Part shown: positions 52,161 to 64,000 of the stretch, one piece after another
Position numbering within the stretch: position 1 is the stretch's first letter
Layout: every line of letters starts with the position of its first letter
DNA from: Podarcis pityusensis
Taxonomy: Eukaryota
Length of the DNA stretch: 64,000 nt
Reading direction: 5' to 3' (one strand)
Assembly: GCA_964106645.2 (NCBI GenBank)
Contig: OZ067041.1
The notes under the pieces: generated by a model
Told to the model about the DNA's origin: nothing
The model's database searches: none
Seen by the model: only the letters and a program-made list of their open reading frames with translations
Translations under genes and position numbers: made by a program

Positions 52161-54464
52161 CTTAAGCAACTCATGTAAAGCCCCATATCTTGGGAGCTTT
52201 GTGTTTCACGTAGTATTTCTGCATGTTTGCATGTTGGGACAGGAATTGTATTTAGATTGACATGTTGTATAGTCATTACTGTAGAAATTGTTATAATTCC
52301 TATAATCTCAACAAGAAGAAAATAGCAAATTGCTAACCAGATATTTAAAAAGTAGCCGAAAAGATTTGTGCTGATACACTTTAAATCATGGCGTAATAGT
52401 TGCAATAATGAATTTTATGTACCCGTGAAAGCTTATATTGTCATTAATAATAAAAAATGATGTTTGTTTAATCCAAGAAAATGTATATACATTTAAATAA
52501 ATAAGCATGTTAAGAGCCATGCTGCAACAAACTAAAAGCCTATAGAGTGCAACATCCTGTTTCTCACAGTGCTCAGCCAGGAGCCTACAGCAGGACATGA
52601 GCACAGTTGCACTCTTCTGCTATTCCCCAGAAGCTGGTGTTCTCTCTGTTTTCAGAGCCTGAACATATTGTAATGTTTTCTGTCACTTCTCTGACCCTGC
52701 TTCATGCTGCATCCAAATGAAAATAGTTAGCATCTAATGATTCTCTTTTGGCAGCCTATGTGGGAACATTGGTGATTCTCCAGTTCTGAAGGGATAAATG
52801 TCCACTTAACACAGTTGACATCCACAGTCTGGGGTTTTGGCAGCCGAAAGTGCAGAATGGGAATTAGCTTGGAAAAGTAAACGCCATAGGGCACCCTCAT
52901 GCTGTGTTGGCACTTTACCTGGCTTTTTTTATTTATCAGTTCAGATGCTGATTAGTATCGCCTTTGCATAAAGTGCACCCTTTAATATATTATGTTAAAA
53001 AGTGAGAAATTGGATTTCCATTGTATGCTAAGGCTTGATGGGGGGAAATGTAAATCTGTAAGCTAGATGTAAAGCTGTAAAATTGGGGAAGCTGTAGAGT
53101 TCATGCCAGGTACTTCATAACTTTGTTTATTCAAACCTGGATGCCGGGAAATTCTTTACTAACAATTAGTTCCTGAGGAACTAATAATTTAAACAAGGCA
53201 CAGGAAGCAGTTACGTACACAGCAAACAGAAGTAACTGTGACATGAAGCGCATAAACAAGACATCACAACGACACTTTGAGGGCTTTTAATGTATGCCTT
53301 TGTTTCTGATTCCATAATGATAACACTGCTCATTTCCCAAACATTAGTACAAAATAAGGTCAGGCAAAAGGACAATTCTTCGTAAAAGATAAAAGGCTTG
53401 TTTGTTTATAATACATGCACACATTGCCACCATAACTCTCAAACCTCTCCCCCTGCAAAATGTGTGAACTGGAGAAGGTAGCTGTCAGATTCTAAGTTTG
53501 TATGGTCAGCAGCCATGCTAGTAGCATGGCAGTAGGTTTTAAGCATTACCTTATCTAAGCACTTAAGTCAGGTTCCACAGAGTCCTGCAACTGCTTCTCT
53601 GAGCCCAAGGAGACAGTAAGCTTTTTATTTTACTTTTATTTTTAACAGCAGCCCCCTTTCCTGCAGAGGAAAACTGCTTTTGAGATTGATGGGATTTCTA
53701 CTAAATGAAAAAACCTAAAAATCCCACTTGCTTGTCTGCAATCCGTTGTGTGACCTGAAGCAACTCTTGGGATCTGGACTTAGATTGTAGCTAAGCCCTG
53801 CTATTATGTTAGCGAACTTCTTCTTTGCTGGTTATGCTGTGGCCAGATAAGCTTTGGGTAAGAGCCTAAGACTGAGTACTTCATATAATTCCTTAAGTGT
53901 ACTTGTGTAAGGGACTGCCCTCTCCCTGAAGAACTATAATAAATTTTGCACACATATTCGTGCTTTGTTATCTGGTGACATCAGCAGTGATTTTTGACAG
54001 GTTCAGCACATGAGGTTTTAAAATACAGTATAAAATTGCAGGCACTAAAGCCAGTAGGATAGATTTTTTAAAAACTCAGTTTTCAGTGTTTCCATATCAG
54101 CCTTCCTTTTGTGCTGACGTATATGCAGTTGCTGTTTTAGGCACATAGATAGTGGAAATCTTGTATTGCATATAACAGGGTCCAAAACCATTGTGTGTGT
54201 TGGTACTTCTATACTGTCCACATCACTGTTTTACAACTTGCAGCTTGTATTTTATTAATGCAACATTTTTCAAAGGTTTTTTTTATCAGTACCTGTGTAT
54301 TGCCATTTGATCAGTTCATCATGCTCAGTGCCACTGTTTATGCATTCTGTGAAGCTAAAGGGCACTGTGCTTCACAACTTTTAAGTGTGGGGTTCTTTTT
54401 AATGTTGTGAGCCATCCTGAACATTGCTTTTATGGTGGAAAGGTGGTATATAGTCTTGAATAAC

Positions 54465-54523
54465 CGCCGCAACCCCAGAGTCGTTCGCGACTAGACTTAA
54501 CTGTCAGGGGTCCCTTTACTTTT
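54465..54523 (+). mobile_element. Sauria SINE 3'-end fragment (~60 bp)
   Basis: CGCCGCAACCCCAGAGTCG...GTCAGGGGTCCCTTTAC matches the tails of the other copies. Confidence 0.8.
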
Positions 54524-55366
54524 AACCTTCTATGGATAGTTTTTCTTTTTCTTGCAAGGAATATGCCAATACGATTTGATATTATTTTATTTACTGTCTT
54601 ATGTCATGTTTGAATTTGAAATATATGAACCAAAATTAAAGCTCCTATTTGTTTGCTTGCTTGCTTGTTTTTACAGTCAGTTTCCAGGGCTGTTTCATGA
54701 GACTTCCTAGTTACTTGACAACATCAGTTCATTTTTAGATAGTTGCCTGTGATATTAAAATACATGACATACTTGACATACATAGTTAGACTGGGGGTAC
54801 CAACCATCCCCACTCCCAAGATGCTGTTTGACTCCTCATTCCTATCAGCCAGCATGACAAATAGCCAGGGTCGAGGAATGTTGGGAGCTGCAGTTGAACA
54901 GCGCTTGGAAAGCACCATATTAGCTATTTCTCAGCTAGACTCTATACATTATATATTTATGGGCAGTGATACTTAAATAAGAGCATTCTGTATTGCAGTA
55001 TTTAAAATATTGAGATCCCGAGATAACAATGATTGTCTTTATGGGCTTAGCCCATGCTTTCACAGTAGTACACTGTGCGGTATTTTTGTATCTAGGACAC
55101 TATTTTATGCTTTGAAGGCTCACTTTCTAATATGGTATAATGACATGGGAAGATTAAATTGAACCCTTTTCTGTCCCCAAATTCTTTAGCTCTCACAGAA
55201 GTATTTTCTTTCATCTTAAGCAAATACGTTTTCTCCAGGCTCTCCCGTAATACATGGTTTCAAAGACAAATAAAAATATCACTACAAATCTTCTCTTTCC
55301 ACAAGCTGAAAGGGTTTTGTTGCCATAATTTGTCTTTGGTGTTTGACCAGCTTTTTCATTTTTCAG

Positions 55367-55444
55367 CACCAGCAGACGTTTCTGAATCAGCTAAGAGAGA
55401 TCACTGGCATCAATGACACCCAAGTACTGCAGCAAGCCTTGAAG
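55367..55444 (+). CDS. USP25: USP25 coding exon 2, [26 protein letters not shown] (UBA domain, first part)
   Basis: Acceptor ctttttcatttttcag, donor GTATGG; 78 nt, phase 0-0; peptide near-identical to USP25. Confidence 0.96.
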
Positions 55445-55634
55445 GTATGGTGGTTTTCAAAGATGATTCTGTGTTTATATCTGTCTGCATCTAAATAAGG
55501 TTCCTTCTGATGGACAGAAAGTTTTTAATAGGATTACTTTAAAATGATTTAAGTGAGGAATTCAGATAATGTAAAGTATGGCAAAGGCTGGTTTAAAAAA
55601 CACCTTCCTTTTGTATCTATTTTTTTTTCTTTTC

Positions 55635-55681
55635 ATCTGGTGAATGCCTATATGTACTAGACATATAGGCATTCACCAGAT
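55635..55681. repeat. Perfect 21-bp inverted repeat with 5-nt spacer
   Basis: ATCTGGTGAATGCCTATATGT-ACTAG-ACATATAGGCATTCACCAGAT. Confidence 0.9.
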
Positions 55682-56844
55682 TTAGACTGCCTTAGTTTCA
55701 GCAAGGTGGTGGCCTTTTGTGCCATCAGACCCCATACCCTGGGGACTAGGAAGTATAAGGGCCTTCCAAAATGGTTTTTGTAAATAATGCTGCTGATGAA
55801 AACATGCCAGTAAAATACTTTATCTAACTAAGAAATACTGTGTATGTGGAGCATACCATGCTGAAAACCTTTCTGACATCTGTCTGAGATGCTGACCTTT
55901 GACTCCATGTTGCCGGTTTCCCAGTGCACAATGCAAGCAAGAAAAGATCTCTTTGGTTAAGGTTCAACCTGCACAAGACCTTGCCATCTCTTGCTGTTCA
56001 GTTGGGAAAAGTATATTTTATTACAGTCTCTACTGAACTTTAGAGCAGGAAAAAGGCGTGTCTCAGGACCACATAGATGGACACAAAATCTTACCAGCTT
56101 TCTCTGTTCTGTTCAGCTTTTATCAATTGTAAGCTGTTTTACTCTTAGATTTGCTACTTGAGAATGTATATAATAGAAAAGTGGATTCATCTCAAAATAT
56201 TTTAAGCCAAATATGTAAAAGAAAGTATGGGCTTCTTTCAGAAATAGCAATTTTGTCGGACTTTTTGTTCTGCTAGTTCACCAAATGCTTGTAGTATGGC
56301 ATGTATGCTTTGAGCTTTTGCCTTAGTGTTATCAAATTATCCTCGGGGCTGGCAAAATATTTTTAATTCCAAGTCATCAGAATAAATTTTAAGCAACTGG
56401 TTTGTTGGAAGACGTGGGTGGGTGTCAACATTCTTAGGCACCTGCATCAGACATCATTGGATGACTAGAATTTTTCTACTCTGCTTAAATGATTGCTTAT
56501 TTCAACTATTTTTTTATTTTAAATTCTTCTTTGAATCAGCTTAGCCAAGGAACTAAACACTCTGAGTATCATCCAACAAGAAGTCAAGCACTTTTAATTT
56601 TTGTTGGTTTTCCAGTCGTAGAGAGTTCTTTTGCTGAAACTAGTGGGACTGTACACAAATCTATCACCTTCTTTAGCGCGACTTAATTTACATGTAAATA
56701 ATTTTATGGTAAGTTTCTAATCATGAAATTGTATGCATTGTGTGCAGGTGTAAAGTAATTCGAGTTAGTCTTGGAAGCTAGCTCTGCCCTAATTGGTTGG
56801 TTATAAGATGGCATACCAATATGTTTATTCTGTTACATTTAAAG

Positions 56845-56989
56845 GATAGCAATGGGAATTTGGAGTTAGCTGTTGCTTTCCTTACTGCAAAGAATGCTAA
56901 GATTCCTCAGCAGGAAGAGACAACGTACTATCAAACAGCACTTTCTGGCAATGACAGATACATCAGTGTAGGCAGCCAAGCAGATACAA
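56845..56989 (+). CDS. USP25: USP25 coding exon 3, [48 protein letters not shown]
   Basis: Acceptor tttaaag, donor GTAAGT; 145 nt; peptide is visible in ORF 56797-57033 and matches USP25. Confidence 0.96.
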
Positions 56990-58518
56990 GTAAGTGGTTT
57001 TTTTCTGCGTTACTGAAGTACCAACCAAACTAAATGCTTGGTCAGAAGACCTTGTTGTCACTCCAGTCTGATATTTTATATAAAGTGATTCCTTTATGCC
57101 TATAGATCTTGGAGGTTTTGGTTAAAGTGATTTATTTTTCAAGAAGTTTGTCTTTATTGAAAACACAATAATATAGTAATATAACAGAAAATGAAAGGGA
57201 AACCACGAGGGTCCATCTAGTGCACTTAGCTTTCACCATTTGTGTCTGAAAAACAACATTAATATCTGGTAATTGCGATTTTACTGCCCTGGAAAATTGC
57301 TATCTATACCTCCATCTGCGTACTTTTAGAAATTCCTCCAAATTGGTAATTACTTCAAAATATGAAGCAAGAAAATAATACTCTGATTAGTGAAGCTTAA
57401 CAGTAAAATATCAATCCATATCAAAAAAGCCATGTGATAACTATTTGTGTTTGGAATCCATATGTCCCAGTGCAAGCACATTTAACTTGAGAAGTGTTAC
57501 AGAATCCCAGAAAACTCACAATTTGGCCAAATAACAGTGCATAGATTTGAAATTAAAAGTTAATATATTCTATGCTTAACAAAAGTATGTAGTGTTGAGT
57601 AAGACTAGCGTAACAGTAAATAAGCCTGACCTGTAACATTCATATTTAATGCTAAGTAAACTTGAAGCACCTCACACTATAGATTTCTAAGCATTACACC
57701 CAACCCTTTTGTTAATCTAGACTTGCATTTCATTTATGTGTTCTGTCATGATTGTGACAGGTATGAGAACTCTGGATGCTTCTTTTCCTACTAGTTGGCA
57801 GAAAAACTGGCTGTTCAGGAACAAGGAAAGGGAAAAGTGTATAAGCTTTGGGAAGGCCAATAGGGTTTGTCCTTGGCACATTTTGAAGTTTCTCAATGCT
57901 TAACAATAGATAGTGTTGTCTGATTTGTAATGATAGCGTTCTTGTTAAAATAAAGGAAATGAAAGACTTATTTCCTTAGAACACACCTAGGAGAGAATCA
58001 GACAAGCTCCAAACAGTGTGATGGCAGCTGCTTAAAGCTACCTTGTTTTCCATCTCTAAATACATGAAGCATTCTGTGTGGAAAGCTTATGGTCTGCAGC
58101 ATCTAGTTTTTTTTAGCAACCTAACCAATAGCAGATACTTTTTGAGCAGTTTCGTGGCATGACACTGTTCAGATCACCAGAACCTGCAGATGACTGGCTT
58201 TCCTATGTTAACTATCTTGAACTTTACTGACCACTGTATAATATGATCTGGTCATACATGCATATCCCAACTTATTAGACCAAGATATGCATGAGCTTTG
58301 CACCTGCACATTACATCCTGGTACCGTCCCCTTCCTTCCTTGAGTACTGCAGCTAAAGAGTTTATAGGATAATAAGCTAAAGTTTCCCATTATATCCAAA
58401 CCATAAATCTATAGTTACTAGGTTCTGAACAAGCCTGGTAGTTTGAAATGAGTTTCATGTAATAAGCTGAGCTGCAGCCCAAATTGGACTGATTACCTGG
58501 CTAGATTTTTTTTATATA

Positions 58519-58913
58519 CCGTATTTTTCGCTCTATAAGACACACTTTTCCCTCCTAAAAAGTAAGGGGAAATGTGTGTGCGTCTTATGGAGCGAATGCA
58601 GGCTCCAGTGCTTCAGCGAAAGCAACGCGAAGCCTCCAGAGGCTTCACGTTGCTTTCGCTGAAGCCAGGAGAGCAAGAGGGATCGGTGCGCACCGATCCC
58701 TCTTGCTCTCCTGGCTTCACTTCGCTGGAGAGGTGCTGTGCAGCTTTCCCTCTCTGCGCAGCGCCCTTTCAGTGAAGCGGGAGGAGAAATGGAAGGGGCT
58801 CCGCTTCTCCTGACGCTTCGCTGAAGGGGCGCTGCACAGAGAGGGAGAGAATATTTTTTTTCTTGTTCTCCTCTAAAACTAGGTGCATCTTATGGTCGGG
58901 TGCGTAAATGCGG
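58519..58913. mobile_element. Tc2/pogo-like MITE (CCGTA ends) with three internal hairpins, USP25 intron 3
   Basis: TA-CCGTATTTTTCGCTCTATAAGAC ... AAATGCGG-TA (right TIR partly deleted); GTGCGTCTTATGG subterminal repeats. Confidence 0.82.
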
Positions 58914-59211
58914 TACATGTCGGAAATACTATTTCACTGGTTGTATTGGTTGTATTGGATAATCATTTGAAGTTTCACAAGCCATAGTTTATGAAGTTGT
59001 GGCCACATGCTCCTCCTCTGGTCCCCCCCCCCTTTTCCTTTCTTCCATTGTGTACTGGTTTTCCTTGTGGAGATCATGGCTTGGATTGTCAGGGACATTA
59101 AACCCAAATTCCCCCAAGCCTGTACCATTGTTCTGAAACTAGCACGAGATAAATTGATGCTTTTCATTCTGTTGCATTTTTAATTTTGAGAAACGCAGTT
59201 TTGCATTTCAG

Positions 59212-59335
59212 ATGTGATTGATCTCACAGGAGATGATAAAGATGATCTTCAGAGAGCAATTGCTCTCAGTTTGGAGGAATCAAACAGGGCATTCAGGGAG
59301 ACTGGCATAACAGATGAGGAACAGGCCATTAGCAG
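59212..59335 (+). CDS. USP25: USP25 coding exon 4, (N)[40 protein letters not shown](R): SIM, UIM1 and start of UIM2
   Basis: Acceptor ttgcatttcag, donor GTAAGC; 124 nt; phases 1-2 join exons 3 and 5 in frame. Confidence 0.96.
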
Positions 59336-61392
59336 GTAAGCAAATAAGAATCAAATATTGGTTTTCTTTATGAATGATAGTTTCTTTGTTGCAGTGTGCT
59401 CTAGATATTAAAAATCACTCTCCATATGTGTGAATTTGTTAGAGCTACCTATTTTTGTAATTCTTCAGAGAAGCGTTTGTGAAGGTGAATTTGACATTAA
59501 ACTTTATCTGAGATATTTCAGTATTAAAATTTATTATGGCTCTGTGTGTGACAGCCACATCCAGCAATTGGCTGGCTGTCTAGAAACTGGTTGCTGCTGC
59601 AAGCTTCCACTTAAAGTAGAATTACTGTCTTCAGAATTAGTATACCATAGGCTCTGAGGCCCACTGAAATGTGGAATTATTTATAATGTTTGTAATATAT
59701 TGAGGGGCACAGGCAATGTATCTTTCAATCAGGGATGCCTAACTTTTAACCTTCCAGTTATTGCACCATGCTGGCTGATAAGAGTTATAGTTAAGCAACA
59801 TCTGGAGAATCGCATGTCAGCCTCATACTTGGTTCTGTTTTCTTCCCCTTCCTCCATACACTTCTGTGCCCTTAAAAGACAGACCCATTCAGTCACTAAG
59901 ACCTAAAAATGCTCCATATTTTGCATGGTTTCATATTGTGATTAAAATTGGAATTGGACAAATTCCAGCGCTATCAATGACCAATACCTAAATAACATCT
60001 CCCGTGTTCAGAGGCAGTATGCCACTGTGGGCTAGTTGCTTGAGACAAAAGCATGTAGGGGCTGCTGCCTTAATTCCCTGCTGGCAGACCTTCTTGAAGC
60101 ATCTGTTTTACTATCATGGGAAACAGGATGCTGGATTAGATGAACATCTGGTCTGGATGTCAACATCAATTAGCCTTTGGTGCCTCTAAAGAATAAATAG
60201 CTAAAACAAATATATAAACATTGAAATGATGACATTAATAACATTAAAACATATAATAAAACAATTCTAGTAGCCAAATGCCAGTCAGGTATCAGTCCTA
60301 CAAATTTGCAGAGTATCATTGTTGCGATACTGAACAACAAAGCAACGTGTGTGAAATTTTCATGTCTTTGAATATTATATGCACAAAGTTCCTGACATGA
60401 CTTTTGCCATGATGTGCATGTTGGCTGCTTAGGTTTGTTATTTCTGGATGTCCTTTGTATCTTCGTTCCAAGTAAGTAGTATTCAACTAGGACTTGCCTT
60501 GTCTTGGGATTTTAAAGTATGCTTCCTGAGTGCTCATGTGTACCTCTTGGGAATTCTATTGTCTATTTTCTTAATGGACACTAGATGGTATTCTAGAGAA
60601 GAAGTAAGTTCTATGAAAAGGAACGTAGGGTTTGGAAAATTCATCTTGCAACTATATGTTATGGTAATCCTATGGTAGGGAGCTATGTGCTAGTTTTAAA
60701 GTCAAAGTAAACCAGGTTGTCACCATCACATTTTATAGTTTTATTTATTTTATAAAATATATATGCCACTTGTATGTAAAAACGAAAAAATCCTCACAGC
60801 AGTTTACAAAGCAGTGGTGGTATCTCCTTATAACATGTTAACACAATTTTCCTTCATGATTCTTTATTAGAGAAGGTTTAATTCAAGCTTTATAACATGG
60901 AGATTGGTCTAAATATTGTAGAAATACAATGTTTTGGTTCAAATCAAAAATTGTTTTTTAAGTATACTTGAATACTTTCATTTTTCAAAAAAGAGAGGCG
61001 GTAGTTGTGTTAAGCCTATATGCCACTAGATAGCAACTTTAACAAGAAAGTCTTATTGCAGTTTAAAGGCCAACAAATTTATTATTTCATAAGGGCCTCA
61101 TTCACCCTTGGCTAACCTTCCAGGGGCCACTTGATAGCAGTGGGTGTGGCCAGCCCACATTCTTGCACACAGAACACATGCATGCAGATCAGATGATGTA
61201 TAGAAATTTAATTAATAATAAATAAATAAATAAAATTGCTCAATATAAGCCCAGTTGCATAATCATTATTTGTTGGAAAAATCTGTACTGATGTATCCTA
61301 AGTTTCTGCGCTGTTGTGTTTCCCGTAATGACATGATCTTGATATATTGTTGCTTACTTTCCATTTTCTCATTATTTCCATTGATTTCTAAG

Positions 61393-61555
61393 AGTTTTAG
61401 AAGCCAGCATAGCAGAAAACAAAGCAAGTTTGAAAAGGACACATCCGGAAGTGTGGAGTGACTCTCCGAATCCGTATGATAGAAAACGTCAGGATAATTG
61501 CCCGGTGGGATTGAAAAACGTTGGCAATACATGCTGGTTCAGTGCAGTTATACAG
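61393..61555 (+). CDS. USP25: USP25 coding exon 5, [54 protein letters not shown], with the USP Cys box (catalytic Cys178 codon at 61532-61534)
   Basis: Acceptor ttctaag, donor GTAGAG; 163 nt; [10 protein letters not shown] is the canonical USP Cys box; cumulative CDS is 555 nt = 185 codons. Confidence 0.96.
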
Positions 61556-61670
61556 GTAGAGGATTTATACACTTAAGTAAAAAATTGAACCATGGTATGT
61601 ACTCAGCACCTATATATACCGGAGATACAAGTAACTCATTTAACACACAAAGAACATGCTGTGCAGGAAC

Positions 61671-64000
61671 ATAATAATAATAATAATAATAAATTTTATT
61701 TATATCCCGCCCTCCCCAGCCGAAGCCGGGCTCAGGGCGGCTAACAACACTAAAATAGTGCAGCAGTATAAAAACATCATAAGAATTAATTAAAATCAAA
61801 ATTGATGGCAACCATAAACTAAAGTATTGTAAAGATTGCCAAAGGAGGGAGTCAGGCTGCGCCCTGACCAAAGGCCTGGTGGAACAGCTCTGTCTTGCAG
61901 GCCCTGCGGAAAGATGTCAAGTCCTGCAGGGCCCTTGTCTCTTGTGACAGAGCGTTCCACCAGGTTGGAGCCGCAGCCGAAAAAGCCCTGGCTCTGGTTG
62001 AGGCCAACCTAACCTCTCTGTGGCCTGGGACCTTCAATATGTTTTTATTTGAGGACCGTAAGTTCCTCTGTGGGGCATACCAGGAGAGGCGGTCCCGTAG
62101 ATACGAGGGTCCTAGGCCGTATAGGGCTTTGAAGGTTAAAACCAGCACCTTAAACCTGATCCTGTACTCCACCGGGAGCCAGTGCAGCTGGTATAGCACC
62201 GGATGAATGTGATCCCGCAGCGAAGACCCCGTAAGGAGTCTCGCTGCGGCATTCTGCACCCGCTGGAGTTTCTGGGTCAGTCTCAGGGGCAGCCCCACGT
62301 AGAGCGAGTTACAATAATCCAGTCTGGAGGTGACCGTCGCGTGGATCACAGTGGCTAGGTCAGGGCGAGAGAGGTAAGGAGCCAACTGCTTAGCTTGGCG
62401 GAGATGAAAAAATGCCGCCTTTGTTATAGCTGCAATCTGCGCCTCCATGGAGAGGGAGGTATCGAAGATTACACCCAAACTCTTAACGGACGGTGCTGGC
62501 ACTAATTGCACCCCCGCAAGAGATGGGAGTTGCCCCCTCAATCCCATATCGTCCCGTCCCAGCCAGAGGACCTCTGTCTTCGAAGGATTTAACTTCAACC
62601 GGCTCCCACGTAACCATCCAGCCACAGCTTCCAAGCATCTGATCAGTGTATCTGGGGCCGAGTCAGGATGGCCATCCATCAACAGATAGAGTTGGGTGTC
62701 ATCAGCATACTGATGGCAGCCCAGCCCAAAACTCCGGACAAGCTGGGCGAGGGGGCGCATAAAGATGTTAAAAAGCATCGGGGAGAGTATCGCACCCTGG
62801 GGCACTCCACACACCAAGGAGTGGCGGGATGACAGTTCCCCCCCAAGCGCCACCCTCTGTCCCCGACCAGAGAGAAACGAGCGCAGCCATTGAAGGACTG
62901 TGCCCTGGATCCCCACGTCGGCAAGGCGGTGGTCCAGGAGTTCGTGATCGACCATGTCGAAGGCTGCTGACAGGTCTAGAAGAATCAGCAGCCCCGACCC
63001 ACCTCGATCCAGCTGCCTGCGGAGATCATCTGTTAGGGTGACCAGAGCTGTCTCGGTCCCATGACCAGCGCGGAAACCGGACTGGAATGGATCCAGAGCC
63101 GATGTTTCATCCAGAAACCTACCAAGCTGTTCAGCAACCGCTCTCTCAATCACCTTACCCAGGAATGGAAGATTCGAAACTGGGCGGTAATTGGATAGAT
63201 CTAAGGGATCTAATGATGATTTCTTTAAGAGCGGACGCACCACTGCCTCCTTCAGTTCCCCTGGGAATGTCCCGGTGCCAAGGGACAAATTGATGATATC
63301 CCCCAGGGGGGCCCGCACCTCGTCTGGACACGCTCTAATCAGCCAAGACGGGCACGGGTCGAGAGGACAAGTGGTGGGCTTTCCAGCTCGGAGGAGTCTG
63401 TCCACATCGGCTGGGGATATCCGGTCAAAGTGGTCCAATAATGGACCCGAGGACAGTCGAGGGGCCTCCAGTTCCTTTATTGTATCCAAATTGGCAGGGA
63501 GGTCATGGCGGAGCGACAGGACCTTCTCCACAAAAAAGCTCGCAAATGCCTCACAGCTGTGTGTCGAATTGTTATTTAAATTTGGCTGTCCTTCGAGGGA
63601 CGTTAAAGACCGAATTATACTAAATAATTGTGCCGGGCGAGAGCTAGCGGATGCAATGGAGGCCGAGAAGTAGGACTTCTTAGCGGCCTTCACTGCCATC
63701 TCGTAGGTTTTCATAAAAACCCTATAAGATGTTCTTGAGGCTCCGTCACGGGCACCCCGCCATACTCGCTCTAGCCGTCTGAGGTCCCGCTTCATTTTCC
63801 GGAGCTCCTCAGTAAACCAGGGAGCCCGGTTTCTGCGGGGTCGCAGAGGGCGCTTAGGTGCGATCTCATTGATGGCTGCCAGGAGCTGGGTATTCCAGCT
63901 CTCAACAAGCTCAGTCAATGAGTCGCCAGGGGGAGAAAGGTCCCGCAAGGCTTGACGGAATCTATCAGGGTCCATCAGCCTCCGCGGGCGAGCCCAAATC
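61671..64000 (-). mobile_element. Young L2-clade LINE, 3' part, running off the window edge; antisense in USP25 intron 5
   Basis: Uninterrupted RT ORF; 3' UTR ends in an L2-type stem-loop (CCGCCCTGAGCCCGGCTTCGGCTGGGGAGGGCGG) and a (TTA)n tail; CpG-rich. Confidence 0.93.
61852..63975 (-). CDS. L2 ORF2 reverse transcriptase (partial; frame stays open to the window edge)
   Basis: Motifs YRPVSNLPFLGK, FQSGFR, LDLSAAFD, GVPQGAILSP, QYADD, LNPSKT, SRLDYCNS; upstream codons IWARPRRL are also open. Confidence 0.93.
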   Translation of the reverse strand: MDPDRFRQALRDLSPPGDSLTELVESWNTQLLAAINEIAPKRPLRPRRNRAPWFTEELRKMKRDLRRLERVWRGARDGASRTSYRVFMKTYEMAVKAAKKSYFSASIASASSRPAQLFSIIRSLTSLEGQPNLNNNSTHSCEAFASFFVEKVLSLRHDLPANLDTIKELEAPRLSSGPLLDHFDRISPADVDRLLRAGKPTTCPLDPCPSWLIRACPDEVRAPLGDIINLSLGTGTFPGELKEAVVRPLLKKSSLDPLDLSNYRPVSNLPFLGKVIERAVAEQLGRFLDETSALDPFQSGFRAGHGTETALVTLTDDLRRQLDRGGSGLLILLDLSAAFDMVDHELLDHRLADVGIQGTVLQWLRSFLSGRGQRVALGGELSSRHSLVCGVPQGAILSPMLFNIFMRPLAQLVRSFGLGCHQYADDTQLYLLMDGHPDSAPDTLIRCLEAVAGWLRGSRLKLNPSKTEVLWLGRDDMGLRGQLPSLAGVQLVPAPSVKSLGVIFDTSLSMEAQIAAITKAAFFHLRQAKQLAPYLSRPDLATVIHATVTSRLDYCNSLYVGLPLRLTQKLQRVQNAAARLLTGSSLRDHIHPVLYQLHWLPVEYRIRFKVLVLTFKALYGLGPSYLRDRLSWYAPQRNLRSSNKNILKVPGHREVRLASTRARAFSAAAPTWWNALSQETRALQDLTSFRRACKTELFHQAFGQGAA

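Noticed and set aside
39341-61392. Canonical intronic hammerhead (RECK/HH9-like) in USP25 introns 1-4
   Set aside because: The CTGANGA hits I checked by eye (e.g. 43609, 53173, 53926, 55794) lack a following helix II plus GAAA. This was a manual scan and not exhaustive.
39296-61555. Alternative assignment to the paralog USP28
   Set aside because: The MTVEQNVLQQ start and [21 protein letters not shown] segment are USP25-specific as I recall them.
61895-63673. Plus-strand ORFs of 60-160 aa
   Set aside because: Antisense shadows of the L2 RT ORF.

Overview
Vertebrate (squamate, probably lacertid lizard) genomic DNA, not prokaryotic. The organism is inferred from Sauria SINEs, Squam3/MIR-type SINEs, BovB, CR1, L2, Penelope and Tc1/hAT MITEs. 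Positions 1-38500 are repeat-rich intergenic DNA with no protein-coding gene that I can support. A CpG-island promoter at ~38.5-39.9 kb starts USP25 (+ strand). Coding exons 1-5 (45/78/145/124/163 nt, all GT-AG) encode residues 1-185: UBA, SIM, UIMs and the catalytic Cys box. The gene continues past the window. The window ends inside a young antisense L2 LINE with an uninterrupted RT ORF, whose tail lies ~115 nt after exon 5. The most unusual structure is at 25.5-26.5 kb: a SINE carrying an L1-type fragment (16-bp TSD) that itself carries a Penelope-derived, loopless 196-bp palindrome (12-bp TSD). The palindrome holds an intact-looking minimal hammerhead ribozyme core on each strand. Other points of note are nested insertions whose order can be read from TSDs, several intronic foldback structures, and inverted SINE pairs in intron 1. 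Repeat family names come from my recall of consensus sequences, not from database searches.
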